From the NCBI GenBank assembly GCA_963761335.1, contig CAVXGR010000011.1:352001-416000 (forward strand): a DNA stretch of 64,000 nt, written 5' to 3'. Shown here piece after piece: positions 10,452 to 21,333 of this stretch. The stretch is from an uncultured delta proteobacterium (lineage in GTDB: Bacteria > Desulfobacterota > Binatia > HRBIN30 > BPIQ01). Each line of letters begins with the position of its first letter. Position 1 is the first letter of the stretch. The position numbers and the translations under genes were made by a program. A model generated the notes under the pieces. It did no database searches, was not told where the DNA came from, and saw nothing but the letters and a program-made list of their open reading frames with translations.

Positions 10452-12122
10452 GTGCGCGTCTACACTCCATCGATGCGAACTGCGGCGGCGCTCGTTCTTC
10501 TGCTGGCCGTGCTCACCTGCGGCATGCGCATTCTCTACACCGGCCATCAGCTGGTGGTCGGCGACGAGTTCGAGCACATTCACGCCGCCTACCTGGTCTC
10601 CCGGGGAGAGCGCCCCTATGTCGATTTCTTCGAGCACCACACGCCGCTCTTCTATTATCTCGCCGCGATCGCGGTGCCGATGACGCAGCCGACCTTCGAC
10701 ACCATCATCCGCGTCAGATACATGGCGCTCGGCTTCGCGGCCTTGACCACGCTGCTCGCCGGCCTGTGGATGTGGCGGCAATGGGGCCGCACCGAGGCGC
10801 TGGTGGTGCTGACCTTGCTGCTCACCGACTTCTTCCTGTTCGCCCGCGGCAGCCTCTCGTATCTCGACACCTATGCCGCTCCGCTGCTGGTGCTCTCCGC
10901 CATGCTGCTCGCCGAGAGCCGCGGCCGACCGCTGCGGGGGTTGGCCTCCGGCGCCGCACTCGGGTTGGCCATCCTCTTCACGCAGAAGGCGACCATCGCG
11001 GCTGCGGCGCCGGCGATCTGGTTTGTTGCCGGCGCCGCGAGGCGCGAAGACCGCGCTTCCTGGCGAATGGAGCTGCTCGCCTTCGCCGCCGGAGCGACGA
11101 TGGCGGCGACGCTGTTGCCGGCGCTTCTGGGCACCGATGGCCTCGCCGGCTTCTTCCGCGACAACGTGCTGCTGAACCTGGGATGGAAGGCACGCCATTT
11201 CCCGACCAAGGAGCTGGCGGCGCTGGCGGTCACGGGAGGCGGCGTCTACGTTCTGGCAGTGGCCGGAGCCCTGGTGCAGCTCCGCAGCCTGTGGATGCGG
11301 CGCCTCGCCGTAATCGCGGAGGACGTGCCGGTGCTCTTCCTCGTGGCGCTGTCCGCCGGCATCGCGTTTCTCCCGGTCGTCTGGGAGGAGTACTTCATCC
11401 TCCTCGTCCCGTTTCTGCTGGTGAACGCCGGGATCACGGTTGTGCGCGGGTCGCGGCACTTTCTCTGCGCGGGCAACCGATCCGACATGCCGCCGTGGGT
11501 ATCGACGTCGGCGGCGGCGCGAGGCCTCGCCGCAGCCCTGGCAATCACCGCGGTGTGCACAATCATCCGCGGCGCCTCCCCCCTCGCGACGTTGTCACCG
11601 GCGGCGGTTGTGGGGCTGCTGGCAATCTGGGCCGCCATCGCCCTGCTCATGTGGAGCAGCGTCGACGCCCCGTCCAGCTACCGGGCGGCTCTCTGGCTCG
11701 CCGTGTTGGTCGCCTTTCCGCTCGTGCAGCAGGCCGACTGGATCTTCAAGAAGCCCAACGATGCGCAGCGGCGCCGCGTCGACTACGTGATGCGCACCAC
11801 CGCTCCCGACGATACGGTCTTCGACGGCTACAGCGGCTACGGGCTGTTCCGGACGCACGCCTACCGATACTGGTTCCTCCACGACGAGGTGCAGGCGATG
11901 CTCAGCCGGGAGCAGAAGGGGCGCGAGGTGATTGCCGCACTCGAGCGCCAGCGAACGCCTGTGGTGATCGACGACCAGTACGTCGATACTCTGCCGGCAG
12001 AGCTTCGCAACTACATTCACCGCATGTATCAGCGCACCTCGTTTCCCGACATCAAGCGCCGCCGCTTGCCCAGCGGCATCGGCGGCGAGACATCGGATTC
12101 GACCTATGCGAGAGAGGACTGA
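10452..12122 (+). CDS. GT-C fold membrane glycosyltransferase (ArnT/PMT-like)
   Basis: DEFEH after the first TM helix, PYVDFFEHHTP, LFTQK, many TM segments; start 10452 (GTG) or 10473 (ATG). Confidence 0.7.
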   Translation: MRVYTPSMRTAAALVLLLAVLTCGMRILYTGHQLVVGDEFEHIHAAYLVSRGERPYVDFFEHHTPLFYYLAAIAVPMTQPTFDTIIRVRYMALGFAALTTLLAGLWMWRQWGRTEALVVLTLLLTDFFLFARGSLSYLDTYAAPLLVLSAMLLAESRGRPLRGLASGAALGLAILFTQKATIAAAAPAIWFVAGAARREDRASWRMELLAFAAGATMAATLLPALLGTDGLAGFFRDNVLLNLGWKARHFPTKELAALAVTGGGVYVLAVAGALVQLRSLWMRRLAVIAEDVPVLFLVALSAGIAFLPVVWEEYFILLVPFLLVNAGITVVRGSRHFLCAGNRSDMPPWVSTSAAARGLAAALAITAVCTIIRGASPLATLSPAAVVGLLAIWAAIALLMWSSVDAPSSYRAALWLAVLVAFPLVQQADWIFKKPNDAQRRRVDYVMRTTAPDDTVFDGYSGYGLFRTHAYRYWFLHDEVQAMLSREQKGREVIAALERQRTPVVIDDQYVDTLPAELRNYIHRMYQRTSFPDIKRRRLPSGIGGETSDSTYARED

Positions 12123-12126
12123 AGCG

Positions 12127-13080
12127 ATGACCCGACCGACGGCCCACATCAGCGTCGACCTCGATCCCGTCGACACACACCTCGCCGGTTACGGCCTGGA
12201 GGCGCCGCGGTGCGACCGCATCTATCGCACCAGCGTCCCCCGCATTTTCGACGTGCTCGAACGCGTGGGGATCAAGGCGACGGTGTTCGTCATCGCCCGC
12301 GATGCCGAGCGCGAGGCGTCCCTCTGGCGCGACGCAGTGCGCCGAGGCCACGAGATCGGCAGCCATTCGTTGACCCATCCCATCCCCTTCGCCTCGCTCC
12401 CCGCGGCGCGGCTGGAGCGCGAGCTGCGCGAGAGCCGCGAGCGGCTCGAGCAGGTCACCGGCCGCGCCGTCGTCGGCTTCCGAGCCCCCGGATGGGACGT
12501 CGACGCGGCAACGCTGGAGGCGATCGCCGAGGCCGGCTACCGCTACGATGCCTCCATCCTCGCCTCGCCGGCGTTGCTGCCCGGGGCGATCATGCGCTTC
12601 GTCCTCTCGGCGGGGCGCATGCGCGAGATCTCCATTGCACGCACTCTGCGCATGGCTTTCCGCAGCCGCCGTCCCCATCGGATCCACGGCGACACCGGGC
12701 TCTGGGAGTTCCCGGTCGCCGTGTCGCCGCTGCTGCGCGTGCCGTTCACCCACACTCTCTGGTACCTCGCGCCGGCCGGCGTCTGCCGCAGGACCTACCG
12801 CTCGATTCGCCGCTCCGGTTCGCCGCTGGCATATCAGTTCCACGCCGCCGATCTGCTCGATCTCGAGCGCGACGGCATTGACCCGCGATTCGGGCGGCAT
12901 CCGGGCATGCGCCTGCCGCTCGAGCGCAAGACGGCGCTGCTCGAGGGGTTCCTCACCGAGATCGCTTCCGACTACGAAGTACGCACCTACGGCGAGGTGG
13001 TCGGGGCAGCAATGGCCGCGACCATGGAGGACACGGTGACGGCCAGTGTCGCCAGCGGCGTTGCCGGAGGGCGTGCGTGA
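12127..13080 (+). CDS. Polysaccharide deacetylase family protein
   Basis: ISVDLD, KATVFV, GHEIGSHSLTH, GFRAPGW, YDAS, FH. Confidence 0.88.
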   Translation: MTRPTAHISVDLDPVDTHLAGYGLEAPRCDRIYRTSVPRIFDVLERVGIKATVFVIARDAEREASLWRDAVRRGHEIGSHSLTHPIPFASLPAARLERELRESRERLEQVTGRAVVGFRAPGWDVDAATLEAIAEAGYRYDASILASPALLPGAIMRFVLSAGRMREISIARTLRMAFRSRRPHRIHGDTGLWEFPVAVSPLLRVPFTHTLWYLAPAGVCRRTYRSIRRSGSPLAYQFHAADLLDLERDGIDPRFGRHPGMRLPLERKTALLEGFLTEIASDYEVRTYGEVVGAAMAATMEDTVTASVASGVAGGRA

Positions 13081-14393
13081 ACTCCAACGCCGTGCCCGCC
13101 GCTTCGGCCGCGCGCCAGCGGACGCGTGCCGCGGTCTCCAGTCGTCGCGCCCTGCTGCTGGCGGCGATCGGCTTCAGCCTGGCGCTGGCGATCGTCTCCG
13201 CCAGGGTGATGCACAAGATCAGCCTGGCACATCCCAGCCCCCGGCACTGGGCTCTCGCCGATTTTCGCGACGCGATCTACTTCCCGGTGATCGCCTTTGT
13301 GGATGGCAACAATCCCTACGATGTGCCGCATTACATGCAGCTCTATCCGATCGGCAGCCGCTTTCCTCCCTATGCGCCGTCGACGCTGATCGTTCACCTG
13401 CCGGTGGCACTGCTGTCACTGCCGGCGGCCAGTGCGGCGTACTTCCTCGCCTCCGTGGGCCTCATCCTATTGCTGTCCTGGCTGGCGTTGCGCGGCAGCG
13501 GCGGCCCCCTCACGGCGGCAGCGGTGCTCGCGGTCGGCGCGGCCTTGTTGATCTCGCGCGCCGGCCACTGGGCCCTGCTGCTCGGCCAGTACTCGGCCAC
13601 CGTCGGGGTGGGCACCTACCTGGCGCTCCAGTTCGCGCAGCGGCGCCCGTGGCTGGCCGCTTTCGGCGTGGCCCTGGCGACCATCAAGCCAACCTTCGGG
13701 GTTCCTCTGGCGTTCCTGCTGTGGTGGCAGGGCGAGCGGCGCGTCGCCTATGCCGGCATTGCCGCCAACGCGGCCCTCTCCTTCGCGGCGCTGGCGGTGC
13801 TCGTGCACAGCGCCGGCGGGATCGGCGCCTTCGCACATTCGCTATCCCTGAGCGAGGCCGACTTCGCCGCCGAAGCGAGCGTCAACCCGATCACCACGCC
13901 GTTCCGTGTCGACACCCTCGTCATCATCGCCCGGCTCCTGGGACGGGTTCCGGGCCTGGCTCTCGAAGGCCTCATCACGCTGGTGATCCTGACGATCGGC
14001 GGCCTCGGGTTGCGCCGCCTCGCCGGCCGCGCCGACGAGGCGGCGCGGCAGCTGAGCATGGGGCTGATCTGCGTGAGCATCATCATCTGCACATATCACC
14101 AGGCCTACGACCTGGTGCTCCTGGCGCTGCCGCTCTGCGCTCTGGCATTGCGCACCGAGCCCTGGGCGTCGCACCCCTCTTTGCGCTGGGTGATGATGGC
14201 GCTGCTGACGCTGCCGGCCTTCAATTATCTGTCCTCCGGCACGGCACTCGACTATCTGCATCTCCACGGCGCCGCCTGGGTCGCCGTCACCTCGTTCAAT
14301 CCGGTGGCGCTGACTGCGGCATTCGCGATCTATGTGGCGATGGCGCTGGGAGGGTTGCCGGGTGACCGAGTTGGCGGGCTGGCGAGTGGGTGA
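13077..14393 (+). CDS. GT87/DUF2029-type membrane glycosyltransferase
   Basis: DF..IY, NPYD, PPYAP, LGQ, IKP, YDLVLL; multi-TM. Confidence 0.75.
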   Translation: MNSNAVPAASAARQRTRAAVSSRRALLLAAIGFSLALAIVSARVMHKISLAHPSPRHWALADFRDAIYFPVIAFVDGNNPYDVPHYMQLYPIGSRFPPYAPSTLIVHLPVALLSLPAASAAYFLASVGLILLLSWLALRGSGGPLTAAAVLAVGAALLISRAGHWALLLGQYSATVGVGTYLALQFAQRRPWLAAFGVALATIKPTFGVPLAFLLWWQGERRVAYAGIAANAALSFAALAVLVHSAGGIGAFAHSLSLSEADFAAEASVNPITTPFRVDTLVIIARLLGRVPGLALEGLITLVILTIGGLGLRRLAGRADEAARQLSMGLICVSIIICTYHQAYDLVLLALPLCALALRTEPWASHPSLRWVMMALLTLPAFNYLSSGTALDYLHLHGAAWVAVTSFNPVALTAAFAIYVAMALGGLPGDRVGGLASG

Positions 14394-14480
14394 GTTACCG
14401 AGCTCTCGAGTTTGCCCCAGAGGCGCCATCGCTGAGCACCGCTAAACCCGACAACCCGCAAACTCGACAACCCGGCAACC
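14353..14480. repeat. 8-nt periodic inverted array between convergent genes
   Basis: GGTTGCCG/GGTGACCG/AGTTGGCG... x7 facing AACCCGAC/AACCCGCA/AACTCGAC/AACCCGGC. Confidence 0.75.
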
Positions 14481-14486
14481 GCCGGG

Positions 14487-17400
14487 CTAACGGCCGGCGG
14501 CGACGGCACCAATTGTGCCGCTCGAATCGTCGGCGAAGGGCTGCGCCTGGTCGACCAGTAGGGCCTGGTCATAGCCGACGTGAAACACCTGAACCGGCAC
14601 TGACGGGTCGAGCTGGGCAACGGCAATCTCTCGGCCGGGCATGTCCGGCTCGAGCTCGCCAATGGCGATGTGCTCCAGCAAGCTGGTGCTGCGGTTGATC
14701 ATGTCGGGAATGTCGGTGACGTGCACCGGCTTGCCGCCGGCGATGGAGAAGACCCGCAGCTCGCCGCCGGAGTCGCCCTGCCCGACGATGATCTCGGCTC
14801 CCGGATAGGCGTCGCTGACGTCCGCCACCCAGAGCTGCACTCCGTCTGGGGCCTCTCCCGGGGAGAAGGCGAGGAACTCGAGGGCGATCTCACCCGTACG
14901 CGGATCGATGATGCGCACCAGGCCGTCCCCGCGACTGCCGTCGTCGCCCACGGCGATCTCGTCTCCCGCCCGGTCCGCTAAGATGTCACCGACGGCCAGG
15001 CGATAGGCACAGGTGACCGGCGCGTCGGGGAATGCCGATATGATGCCGAGGCGGCGAGCGTGGCCGCGGTCGAGCCCGAATATGTGAAGACGGCCCTGGC
15101 GATCGCCGACCACGATCTGTTCGCCGGGGTGTTGCGGATCGACCAGCAGGCGCCCCACCGCCAGGCGGAGCGGGTGACGGTCAGCGAGCTGCCGGCGCAG
15201 GGCGCGAAACTCCGCTAGCTGACGCGGCGCACCGTCGGCCATACCGCCAATGACGCGCACCCGGGCCGCCCGGCCGCGGCTGCCGTCCTCGGCGATGACG
15301 ATCTCGTCGCCCGTCGAAGAGGGATCGACATCCCCGAGGACGAAGTTGCTGCTGCCCGATACGGCGGCGCCAGAGAAGGCGGCGAACTCGCTCAGGCGGG
15401 CAGGAGGCGCGTCGGGCTCGAGCCGATAGATCTCCATCCCGTCCTGGTGATCGGCGCCGCCGTCCACTTGCCCCACGACCATCTCCCCGACCCCGTCGCC
15501 GTCGAGGTCACCGATCGCCGCAACCACGCCGCTGGCTTCCTGCGGCGCGTCTGCAAAGGCGGTGACGCTCTGCGTCTGCCGCGCGTCTCTGCCGAAGAAC
15601 TGAACGATGATGTTGGCGCCGCCGGCGCGTCCGCGTGTGATCAGCAGCGGCCAGCGGCGCAGGGCCCAGGTCCACGGGTCTATTGTCGGTGTGGCCGTCG
15701 GCGTCGCCATCGGCGGCACAGCGGTGGCTCTCGGCTCGATGGTCCACGAGGGTGTGGGGGCCGGCGAATCCGTCGCCGTCGGCGTCGCCGAAGGCGTAGG
15801 CGGCTCGGTTCCAGTTTCCGTCGGCGTCGCTGAAGGCGTAGGCGGCTCGGTTCCGGTCTCGGTCGGAGTCGCCGAAGCGGTCGGCAGCGCGGCGGCGGTT
15901 TCCGTCGGCATCGCGGAAGGCGTGGGCGGCTCGGTTCCGGTCTCCGTCGGAGTCGCCGAAGGCGTAGGCGGCTCGGTCCTGGTCTCCGTCGGGATCGCGG
16001 AAGGCGTAGGCGGCTCGGTCCCGGTTTCGGTCGGAGTCGCCGAAGCAGTCGGCGGCTCGGTCCTGGTCTCCGTCGGGATCGCGGAAGGCGTGGGCGGCTC
16101 GGTCCCGGTCGCGGTCGGAGTCGCCAATGCCGTCGGCAGCTCGGTTGCGGTTTCCGTCGGCATCGCGGAAGGCGTGGGCGGCTCGGTTCCGGTCTCCGTC
16201 GGAGTCGCCGAAGGCGTAGGCGGCTCGGTCCTGGTCTCCGTCGGGATCGCGGAAGGCGTAGGCGGCTCGGTCCCGGTTTCGGTCGGAGTCGCCGAAGCAG
16301 TCGGCGGCTCGGTCCTGGTCTCCGTCGGGATCGCGGAAGGCGTGGGCGGCTCGGTTCCGCTCTCGGTCGGAGTCGCCGATGCCGATGGACTGGCCGTCGA
16401 TGTCGCCCTCGCGGTGTCGGTCGGCACCGGCGTCGAGGTTTGCGTTGCCATTTGCGTCGGGGTCTCCGTCGGCGGCGCGGTCCGCGTCAGCGTCGGCGTA
16501 TCGGTCGCGCTCGGGATCTGCGTGCTGGTGCGAGTGGCGCTGGGGCTTTCGCTGGGGGTGGCGGTGGATGTGCCCGTGCGCGTCGGCGTCGACGTGAGAG
16601 TGGCGCTCGATGTCGGCGTGTGGGTGTGGGTGCTCTCGGGGGTATGCGTCGGCGACACGGTCGACGTCTGCGTTTCGGAAGGCGTACGCGTCGAGGTCGG
16701 CGTGGAGGTCGACCTGTAAGTCGAGGTCGCTGTCCAGGTCGGCGTCTTCGAGCTGGTCACTGTCGGCGTGAGCGTCGAGGTCGCCGTCCGTGTCGGTGTC
16801 TGCGTCGGCGTCGAGCTAGACGTCGCCGTCGCTGTGCGGGTCACCGTCGGCGTGAGCGTCGGCGTCTCCGTTCGTGTCGGCGTGAGCGTCGAGGTCGCCG
16901 TCCGCGTCGGTGTCTGTGTCGGCGTCGAGCTAGACGTCGCCGTCGCTGTGCGCGTCACCGTCGGCGTGCGCGTCGGCGTCGCCGTTCGTGTCGGCGTGAG
17001 CGTCGAGGTCGCCGTCCGCGTCGGTGTCTGTGTCGGCGTCGAGGTGGACGTCGCCGTCGCTGTGCGCGTCACCGTCGGCGTGCGCGTCGGCGTCGCCGTT
17101 CGCGTCGGCGTGAGCGTCGAGGTCGCCGTCCGCGTCGGTGTCTGCGTCGGCGTCGAGGTGGACGTCGCTGTCGCCGTCCGCGTCACCGTCGGCGTGCGCG
17201 TCGGCGTCGCCGTTCGTGTCGGCGTGAGCGTCGAGGTCGCCGTCCGCGTCGGTGTCTGCGTCGGCGTCGCCGTCCGCGACGGCGTGGCGGTCGGTGTCGC
17301 GCTGCGCGTCGCTGTCTGCGTGGCGCTCGGGGTGTTGCTCGGAGTCGCCGACGGCGGGATGCTCGCGGCGACCACGGCGCTGCTCATGTCGGACAAGATC

Positions 17401-18581
17401 TCGGCCTGCGACAGCGGGCGATCGTAGATGCGCAGCTCATCGATGGTGCCGCGGAAGGTCTCCCAGGGAGTCTCGGTGGTGCCGATCTCGTAGCGGGTAT
17501 TGGGGCTGGCGGCGATGTCCTGAAAGAAGAACCGCGACGAGGCGTCCCCTGCCAGATAGATCGGGCTCTGTCGAACCCCGTCGATGTAGAGCGAGTTGCC
17601 GCCGGCGTCGACCACGTAGGCGAGGTGGTGCCACTCGCCGAGGCTCGGCAGAGGCACGCGCGCCCAGAAGGTGGGAGCGCAGGCCGGCGTATCGCCCGCC
17701 CAGATCTCCCAGTAGTAGGAGGTATCGACCTGCACCGAACCGAGCTCGAAGGGGTAGGAGCAGCCAGAGGCGTCGTGCCCGTCGAAGTAGCCTTGAAATC
17801 CGGTGGTCCGCGGGTCGACCTTCACCCACACCTCGATGGTGCCGGTGGCGACCCCGTCGAAAGAGTTGTCGCCGGCAAGCTGCACGCCGTCGTGCGTCTG
17901 CCCGCCGCTGAAGGTCAGGCCCTCCCCATAGCGCCCCGGGGACCAGGATGGATATCCGTAGAAGGTCCCGGAGTGCCCGTTGCCGCTGTTGTCTTCGGTC
18001 CATGTGCCGCTGCCCTCTTCGAACCCGAAGGCGGCGATCGGAGCGCCGCTCGACGGAGTCGGGGTGAAGGCGGCGGGGCTTGGTGAAGGCGTCGAGGTCG
18101 GCGGCGTGGTGTGTGTCGCCGTGGCCGTTCGCGTCGCCGTCGGCGGGCTCGTCAGCGCAGCCGTGGGCGGTGCCGTGAAGGTCGGGGTCGCCGCCGGCAG
18201 CCCCGGAGTCGACGTCGGCGGTGCGGGAGTTGGCATCGTCGTGGGATCGAGGACCGTCAGCTCCAGCTCGTTCGACAGCGCGCTCTCCGTGTGGTCGGCG
18301 GCGTAGCTGCTGACCGCGAAGTAGTGCACGTCGTTCATCGACAAGTCGCTGGCGACGTAGCGGATCAACCCGTCGCCGTCGACCGCAGGGGCGCCGACGT
18401 CGGCGCCGGCGCCGTACGGCTCTGCGTTGTCGCGCACGTAGAGCTTGTAACCGGCGGCTTCGGACACCGCGGACCAGGTGACGCGCACGTCATACGCCCG
18501 AGCGGATCCCGCGCCGAGTGCGCACAGGAGAACGAGCCCCAGGGTGATGCGTACGACTCGGCGAGTGCAATGATGGACCAC
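14487..18581 (-). CDS. Large secreted surface protein: FN3-like N-domain, LamG-like domain, Thr/Pro-rich stalk, C-terminal FG-GAP-like repeats
   Basis: Signal peptide ending SARA-YD; W...GYKLY..Y..YFAVSSY...[41 protein letters not shown] repeats. Confidence 0.8.
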   Translation of the reverse strand: MVHHCTRRVVRITLGLVLLCALGAGSARAYDVRVTWSAVSEAAGYKLYVRDNAEPYGAGADVGAPAVDGDGLIRYVASDLSMNDVHYFAVSSYAADHTESALSNELELTVLDPTTMPTPAPPTSTPGLPAATPTFTAPPTAALTSPPTATRTATATHTTPPTSTPSPSPAAFTPTPSSGAPIAAFGFEEGSGTWTEDNSGNGHSGTFYGYPSWSPGRYGEGLTFSGGQTHDGVQLAGDNSFDGVATGTIEVWVKVDPRTTGFQGYFDGHDASGCSYPFELGSVQVDTSYYWEIWAGDTPACAPTFWARVPLPSLGEWHHLAYVVDAGGNSLYIDGVRQSPIYLAGDASSRFFFQDIAASPNTRYEIGTTETPWETFRGTIDELRIYDRPLSQAEILSDMSSAVVAASIPPSATPSNTPSATQTATRSATPTATPSRTATPTQTPTRTATSTLTPTRTATPTRTPTVTRTATATSTSTPTQTPTRTATSTLTPTRTATPTRTPTVTRTATATSTSTPTQTPTRTATSTLTPTRTATPTRTPTVTRTATATSSSTPTQTPTRTATSTLTPTRTETPTLTPTVTRTATATSSSTPTQTPTRTATSTLTPTVTSSKTPTWTATSTYRSTSTPTSTRTPSETQTSTVSPTHTPESTHTHTPTSSATLTSTPTRTGTSTATPSESPSATRTSTQIPSATDTPTLTRTAPPTETPTQMATQTSTPVPTDTARATSTASPSASATPTESGTEPPTPSAIPTETRTEPPTASATPTETGTEPPTPSAIPTETRTEPPTPSATPTETGTEPPTPSAMPTETATELPTALATPTATGTEPPTPSAIPTETRTEPPTASATPTETGTEPPTPSAIPTETRTEPPTPSATPTETGTEPPTPSAMPTETAAALPTASATPTETGTEPPTPSATPTETGTEPPTPSATPTATDSPAPTPSWTIEPRATAVPPMATPTATPTIDPWTWALRRWPLLITRGRAGGANIIVQFFGRDARQTQSVTAFADAPQEASGVVAAIGDLDGDGVGEMVVGQVDGGADHQDGMEIYRLEPDAPPARLSEFAAFSGAAVSGSSNFVLGDVDPSSTGDEIVIAEDGSRGRAARVRVIGGMADGAPRQLAEFRALRRQLADRHPLRLAVGRLLVDPQHPGEQIVVGDRQGRLHIFGLDRGHARRLGIISAFPDAPVTCAYRLAVGDILADRAGDEIAVGDDGSRGDGLVRIIDPRTGEIALEFLAFSPGEAPDGVQLWVADVSDAYPGAEIIVGQGDSGGELRVFSIAGGKPVHVTDIPDMINRSTSLLEHIAIGELEPDMPGREIAVAQLDPSVPVQVFHVGYDQALLVDQAQPFADDSSGTIGAVAAGR
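15760..16390 (-). repeat. 42-bp (14-aa, [18 protein letters not shown]) coding tandem repeat with 252-bp higher-order period
   Basis: Near-identical blocks at 15901 and 16153. Confidence 0.9.
16760..17280 (-). repeat. 114-bp (38-aa, [38 protein letters not shown]) coding tandem repeat, about 4.5 copies
   Basis: Visible directly in DNA and translation. Confidence 0.9.
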
Positions 18582-19006
18582 AGCATCGCATCAGACCAAG
18601 GAACATGCCGTCCGCGATTCATTCTGTGGAGCGAGTGTAGACGCGACACCGGCAGGTATCGGCCCGAGAACGGTGACCGAGAAGCAGCTGTTCCGCACCG
18701 GTCCGTCGGAGGTTTGACGGAAGCGCATCGGCGACTTCGATCGCCGCACATCAGGCGGCATGGCGAGCTTCATACAACGGCGACAACTCGCCGACGAGCC
18801 GTCCGAAATGATCAACTGCGTATCGCTCCGCGTGCCGATGGTGCTGTGAAATCGCTCCCGCACCCCGAAATTTTATCGTCGATCGGATTGGCGCGGGGGA
18901 GGAGCGGGCCATTGGAGCGTGAAGACTGTGACACCACCCGCTGAGATCTGCGCGTGATCTGTTTCGCTTGCCTCCGGGCAGCGCATCGAGGCAGCATGAC
19001 GGCCGG

Positions 19007-20443
19007 ATGTCGCAGCGTACCGAAGCCCTTCGCGCCCTCCCCTCCGTCGATCGCCTGCTGGGGACGCCGCAGGCTCGGCGCCTCCTCGAGATCTACGCTC
19101 GCGGCTTCGTCGCCGCCGCCATTCGCGCCGAGCTCGACGAGCAGCGCGCCGCGGCGCTCGGCGGCGCCACGCCCCCTACGGTGGACGCCCTGATGGCCCG
19201 CATCGCCGAACGCGCGGCGCGCCGGGCGCAATCGTCGCTCCGGCGCGTGCTGAACGCCTCGGGTATCGTCCTCCACACGAATCTCGGGCGCGCCGAGCTG
19301 GCGCGGGCGGCCATCGAGGCGGTCACCGCGGCCGCCGGCACCGTGAATCTCGAGTACGATCTGGAGAGCGGCGCCAGAGGCGACCGCGACCACCTGGTGG
19401 AGGCAGACCTGTGCGCGCTCACCGGTGCGGAGGCGGCCACTGTGGTGAACAACAACGCCGCCGCTGTGCTGCTGGCGCTGAACACCCTGGCGCAGGGGAA
19501 GGAAGTGATCGTCTCGCGCGGCGAGCTGATCGAGATCGGCGGATCGTTTCGCCTTCCCGAGGTGCTGGAGAAGAGCGGCGCCCGCCTGCGCGAGGTGGGC
19601 ACCACCAACCGCACCCATGCGGCGGACTACGAGGGCGCCATCGGTGCCGAGACCGGAGCGCTCCTCAAGGTGCACACCAGCAACTACCGGATCATCGGCT
19701 TCACCGCGGCCGTGCCGGTCGGCGACCTGGTCTCCATCGGCCGCCGCCACGGCTTGCCGGTGATCGAGGATCTCGGCAGCGGCGCGCTCGTCGATCTGCG
19801 CACCTACGGCCTGCCCAAGGAGCCGGTGGTGGCCGAGGAGGTGGCATACGGCCCCGATGCCGTGACCTTCAGCGGCGACAAGCTGCTCGGCGGGCCGCAG
19901 GCGGGAGTGATCGTCGGACGGCGGGCCGTCATCGAGAAGATCAAGCGCAATCCCCTGAAGCGCGCCCTGCGCTGCGACAAGATGACATTGGCGGCGCTGG
20001 CGGCAACACTGCGGCTCTACCTCGTGGCGCCGGATTTGACTGCGGCGCTGCCGGCGTTGCGCTGGCTGACGCGGCCGCTGGCGGAGATCGCGGCCGTCGC
20101 CGAGGAAGGCGCTGCGGTTCTGCGCCAGCTCCTGGGGAGTGACTATCGCGTCGAGATCGTCCCCGGCGTCTCACAGATCGGCAGCGGCGCACTTCCCACC
20201 GAGGAGATCGAGACGCGTGTGCTCGCCGTCAGCCACCCCGAGATCGGCGCCGACGCCGTCGCCGCACGCTTCCGCGCCGCCGAGCCTGCGGTGATCGGTC
20301 GCATCGCCGATGGACGCTTTCTCCTCGACCTGCGCACCGTGGAAAGCGCCGCACAGTTACAGGTGCGGTTGTCGAGCGAGCGGCGGCGGGACCGAGAACC
20401 GGGGGTTGAAGAGGCGGCTCCACCGGCCCGCGGGCCAAAGTAG
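19007..20443 (+). CDS. selA: L-seryl-tRNA(Sec) selenium transferase
   Basis: LPSVD, NASGIVLHTNLGRA, VVNNNAAA, SRGELIEIGGSFR, EVGTTNRTH, FSGDKLLGGPQAG, RALRCDK. Confidence 0.97.
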   Translation: MSQRTEALRALPSVDRLLGTPQARRLLEIYARGFVAAAIRAELDEQRAAALGGATPPTVDALMARIAERAARRAQSSLRRVLNASGIVLHTNLGRAELARAAIEAVTAAAGTVNLEYDLESGARGDRDHLVEADLCALTGAEAATVVNNNAAAVLLALNTLAQGKEVIVSRGELIEIGGSFRLPEVLEKSGARLREVGTTNRTHAADYEGAIGAETGALLKVHTSNYRIIGFTAAVPVGDLVSIGRRHGLPVIEDLGSGALVDLRTYGLPKEPVVAEEVAYGPDAVTFSGDKLLGGPQAGVIVGRRAVIEKIKRNPLKRALRCDKMTLAALAATLRLYLVAPDLTAALPALRWLTRPLAEIAAVAEEGAAVLRQLLGSDYRVEIVPGVSQIGSGALPTEEIETRVLAVSHPEIGADAVAARFRAAEPAVIGRIADGRFLLDLRTVESAAQLQVRLSSERRRDREPGVEEAAPPARGPK

Positions 20444-20489
20444 AAGCGGCGTCTCGCCGCTTCGGGAAGCGCCGGGACGGCGCTTCTAC
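20440..20489 (+). repeat. GTAG-type REP doublet (family B), copy 1
   Basis: GTAGAAGCGGCGTCTCGCCGCTTCGGGAAGCGCCGGGACGGCGCTTCTAC; identical copy at 63878. Confidence 0.9.
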
Positions 20490-20529
20490 TTTGCTCTCGA
20501 GACGGCCTCTGAAACCCGCGGCCAGCAGT

Positions 20530-20919
20530 TCAATATCCGCCGCGATAGCCGGCGTTGACCCCCTCCTCGTAGCCGCGCTGGCGACCGGCTTCATAGCGAT
20601 CGGTGCGGCCGCGCTGGACACCGTTCGAGTAGCCGTCGGAGTAGCCGGCATCATACGGGTCCGGAGGAGGAGGCGGCGGATAGTAGGCCTCGCGGGCCAC
20701 CGGCGGAGGCGGCGCGAGGATCTGCCCGAGAATGATTCCGCCGAGGACACCGCCAATGACACCGATGGCGATATCGGCGCCGTTGGAGTGATGATGGCCG
20801 CCACGGACAACGTAATGACCGCGACCGCCGGCGTAATGACCGCGACCGCCGGCGAAGGCGTTGACCGGCACCACCAGGGCGGCGGCCAGCAGAACGATCA
20901 GAAAAGCGCGTTTGATCAT
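20530..20919 (-). CDS. Small secreted Gly/Pro/Tyr-rich protein with glycine-zipper-like segment
   Basis: Signal peptide ending VNAFA; AIGVIGGVLGGIILG; GGAGAGAG upstream. Confidence 0.7.
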   Translation of the reverse strand: MIKRAFLIVLLAAALVVPVNAFAGGRGHYAGGRGHYVVRGGHHHSNGADIAIGVIGGVLGGIILGQILAPPPPVAREAYYPPPPPPDPYDAGYSDGYSNGVQRGRTDRYEAGRQRGYEEGVNAGYRGGY

Positions 20920-20931
20920 TGCTCTCTCTCC

Positions 20932-21219
20932 TTACCAACCGCGGTAACGCCGCGGCGACCAATCGTCGTGATCACCGTCTCCCCACCACGAGCGGCGGTG
21001 ATAGCGGTCATAGCGAGCCGGGGGGCCCCAGCTCCACCAGCCGGCGCGGCCCCCGCGGCAGTCGCGGTCGTAGCGCGGTGCCGGATAGGCGCGGTAGTGA
21101 CGGGCATACGGATGGTTGCGGTAGCGGTGGTGACCGCCGCCGGCCCAGGCGCTGCTGGTCGGCACCACGACACCGAATGCGAGGACCATCGAAGCGACAG
21201 CTAGAGCTTTCTTCAGCAT
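20932..21219 (-). CDS. Small secreted Arg/His/Trp/Tyr-rich protein
   Basis: GGAGGAG RBS; signal peptide MLKKALAV...SAWA; low-complexity mature part. Confidence 0.7.
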   Translation of the reverse strand: MLKKALAVASMVLAFGVVVPTSSAWAGGGHHRYRNHPYARHYRAYPAPRYDRDCRGGRAGWWSWGPPARYDRYHRRSWWGDGDHDDWSPRRYRGW

Positions 21220-21278
21220 GGCATCTCCTCCCGGATGTGGGGACAAACGAGACCCGGCGGAGAAAGTTGCGGTCCGCC

Positions 21279-21324
21279 TGGGAGCGCCGCCGTCCCGGCC
21301 GCAAGTGGTTGCTGGCCGCGCTCC
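21279..21324. repeat. Degenerate family A REP doublet
   Basis: TGGGAGCGCCGCCGTCCCGGCCGC...GGCCGCGCTCC. Confidence 0.7.
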
Positions 21325-21333
21325 TCGCCCCGG

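Noticed and set aside
15607..17427. Val/Gly-rich ORFs on the plus strand
   Set aside because: Antisense shadows of the Thr/Pro repeats
18596..18611. Sigma54-like promoter for the surface protein (CGGCATGTTCCTTGG on the minus strand)
   Set aside because: The -12 element reads TTGG, not TTGC; too weak to call
18582..19006. Possible tRNA-Sec (selC) upstream of selA
   Set aside because: No UCA anticodon arm or T-loop pattern seen on either strand
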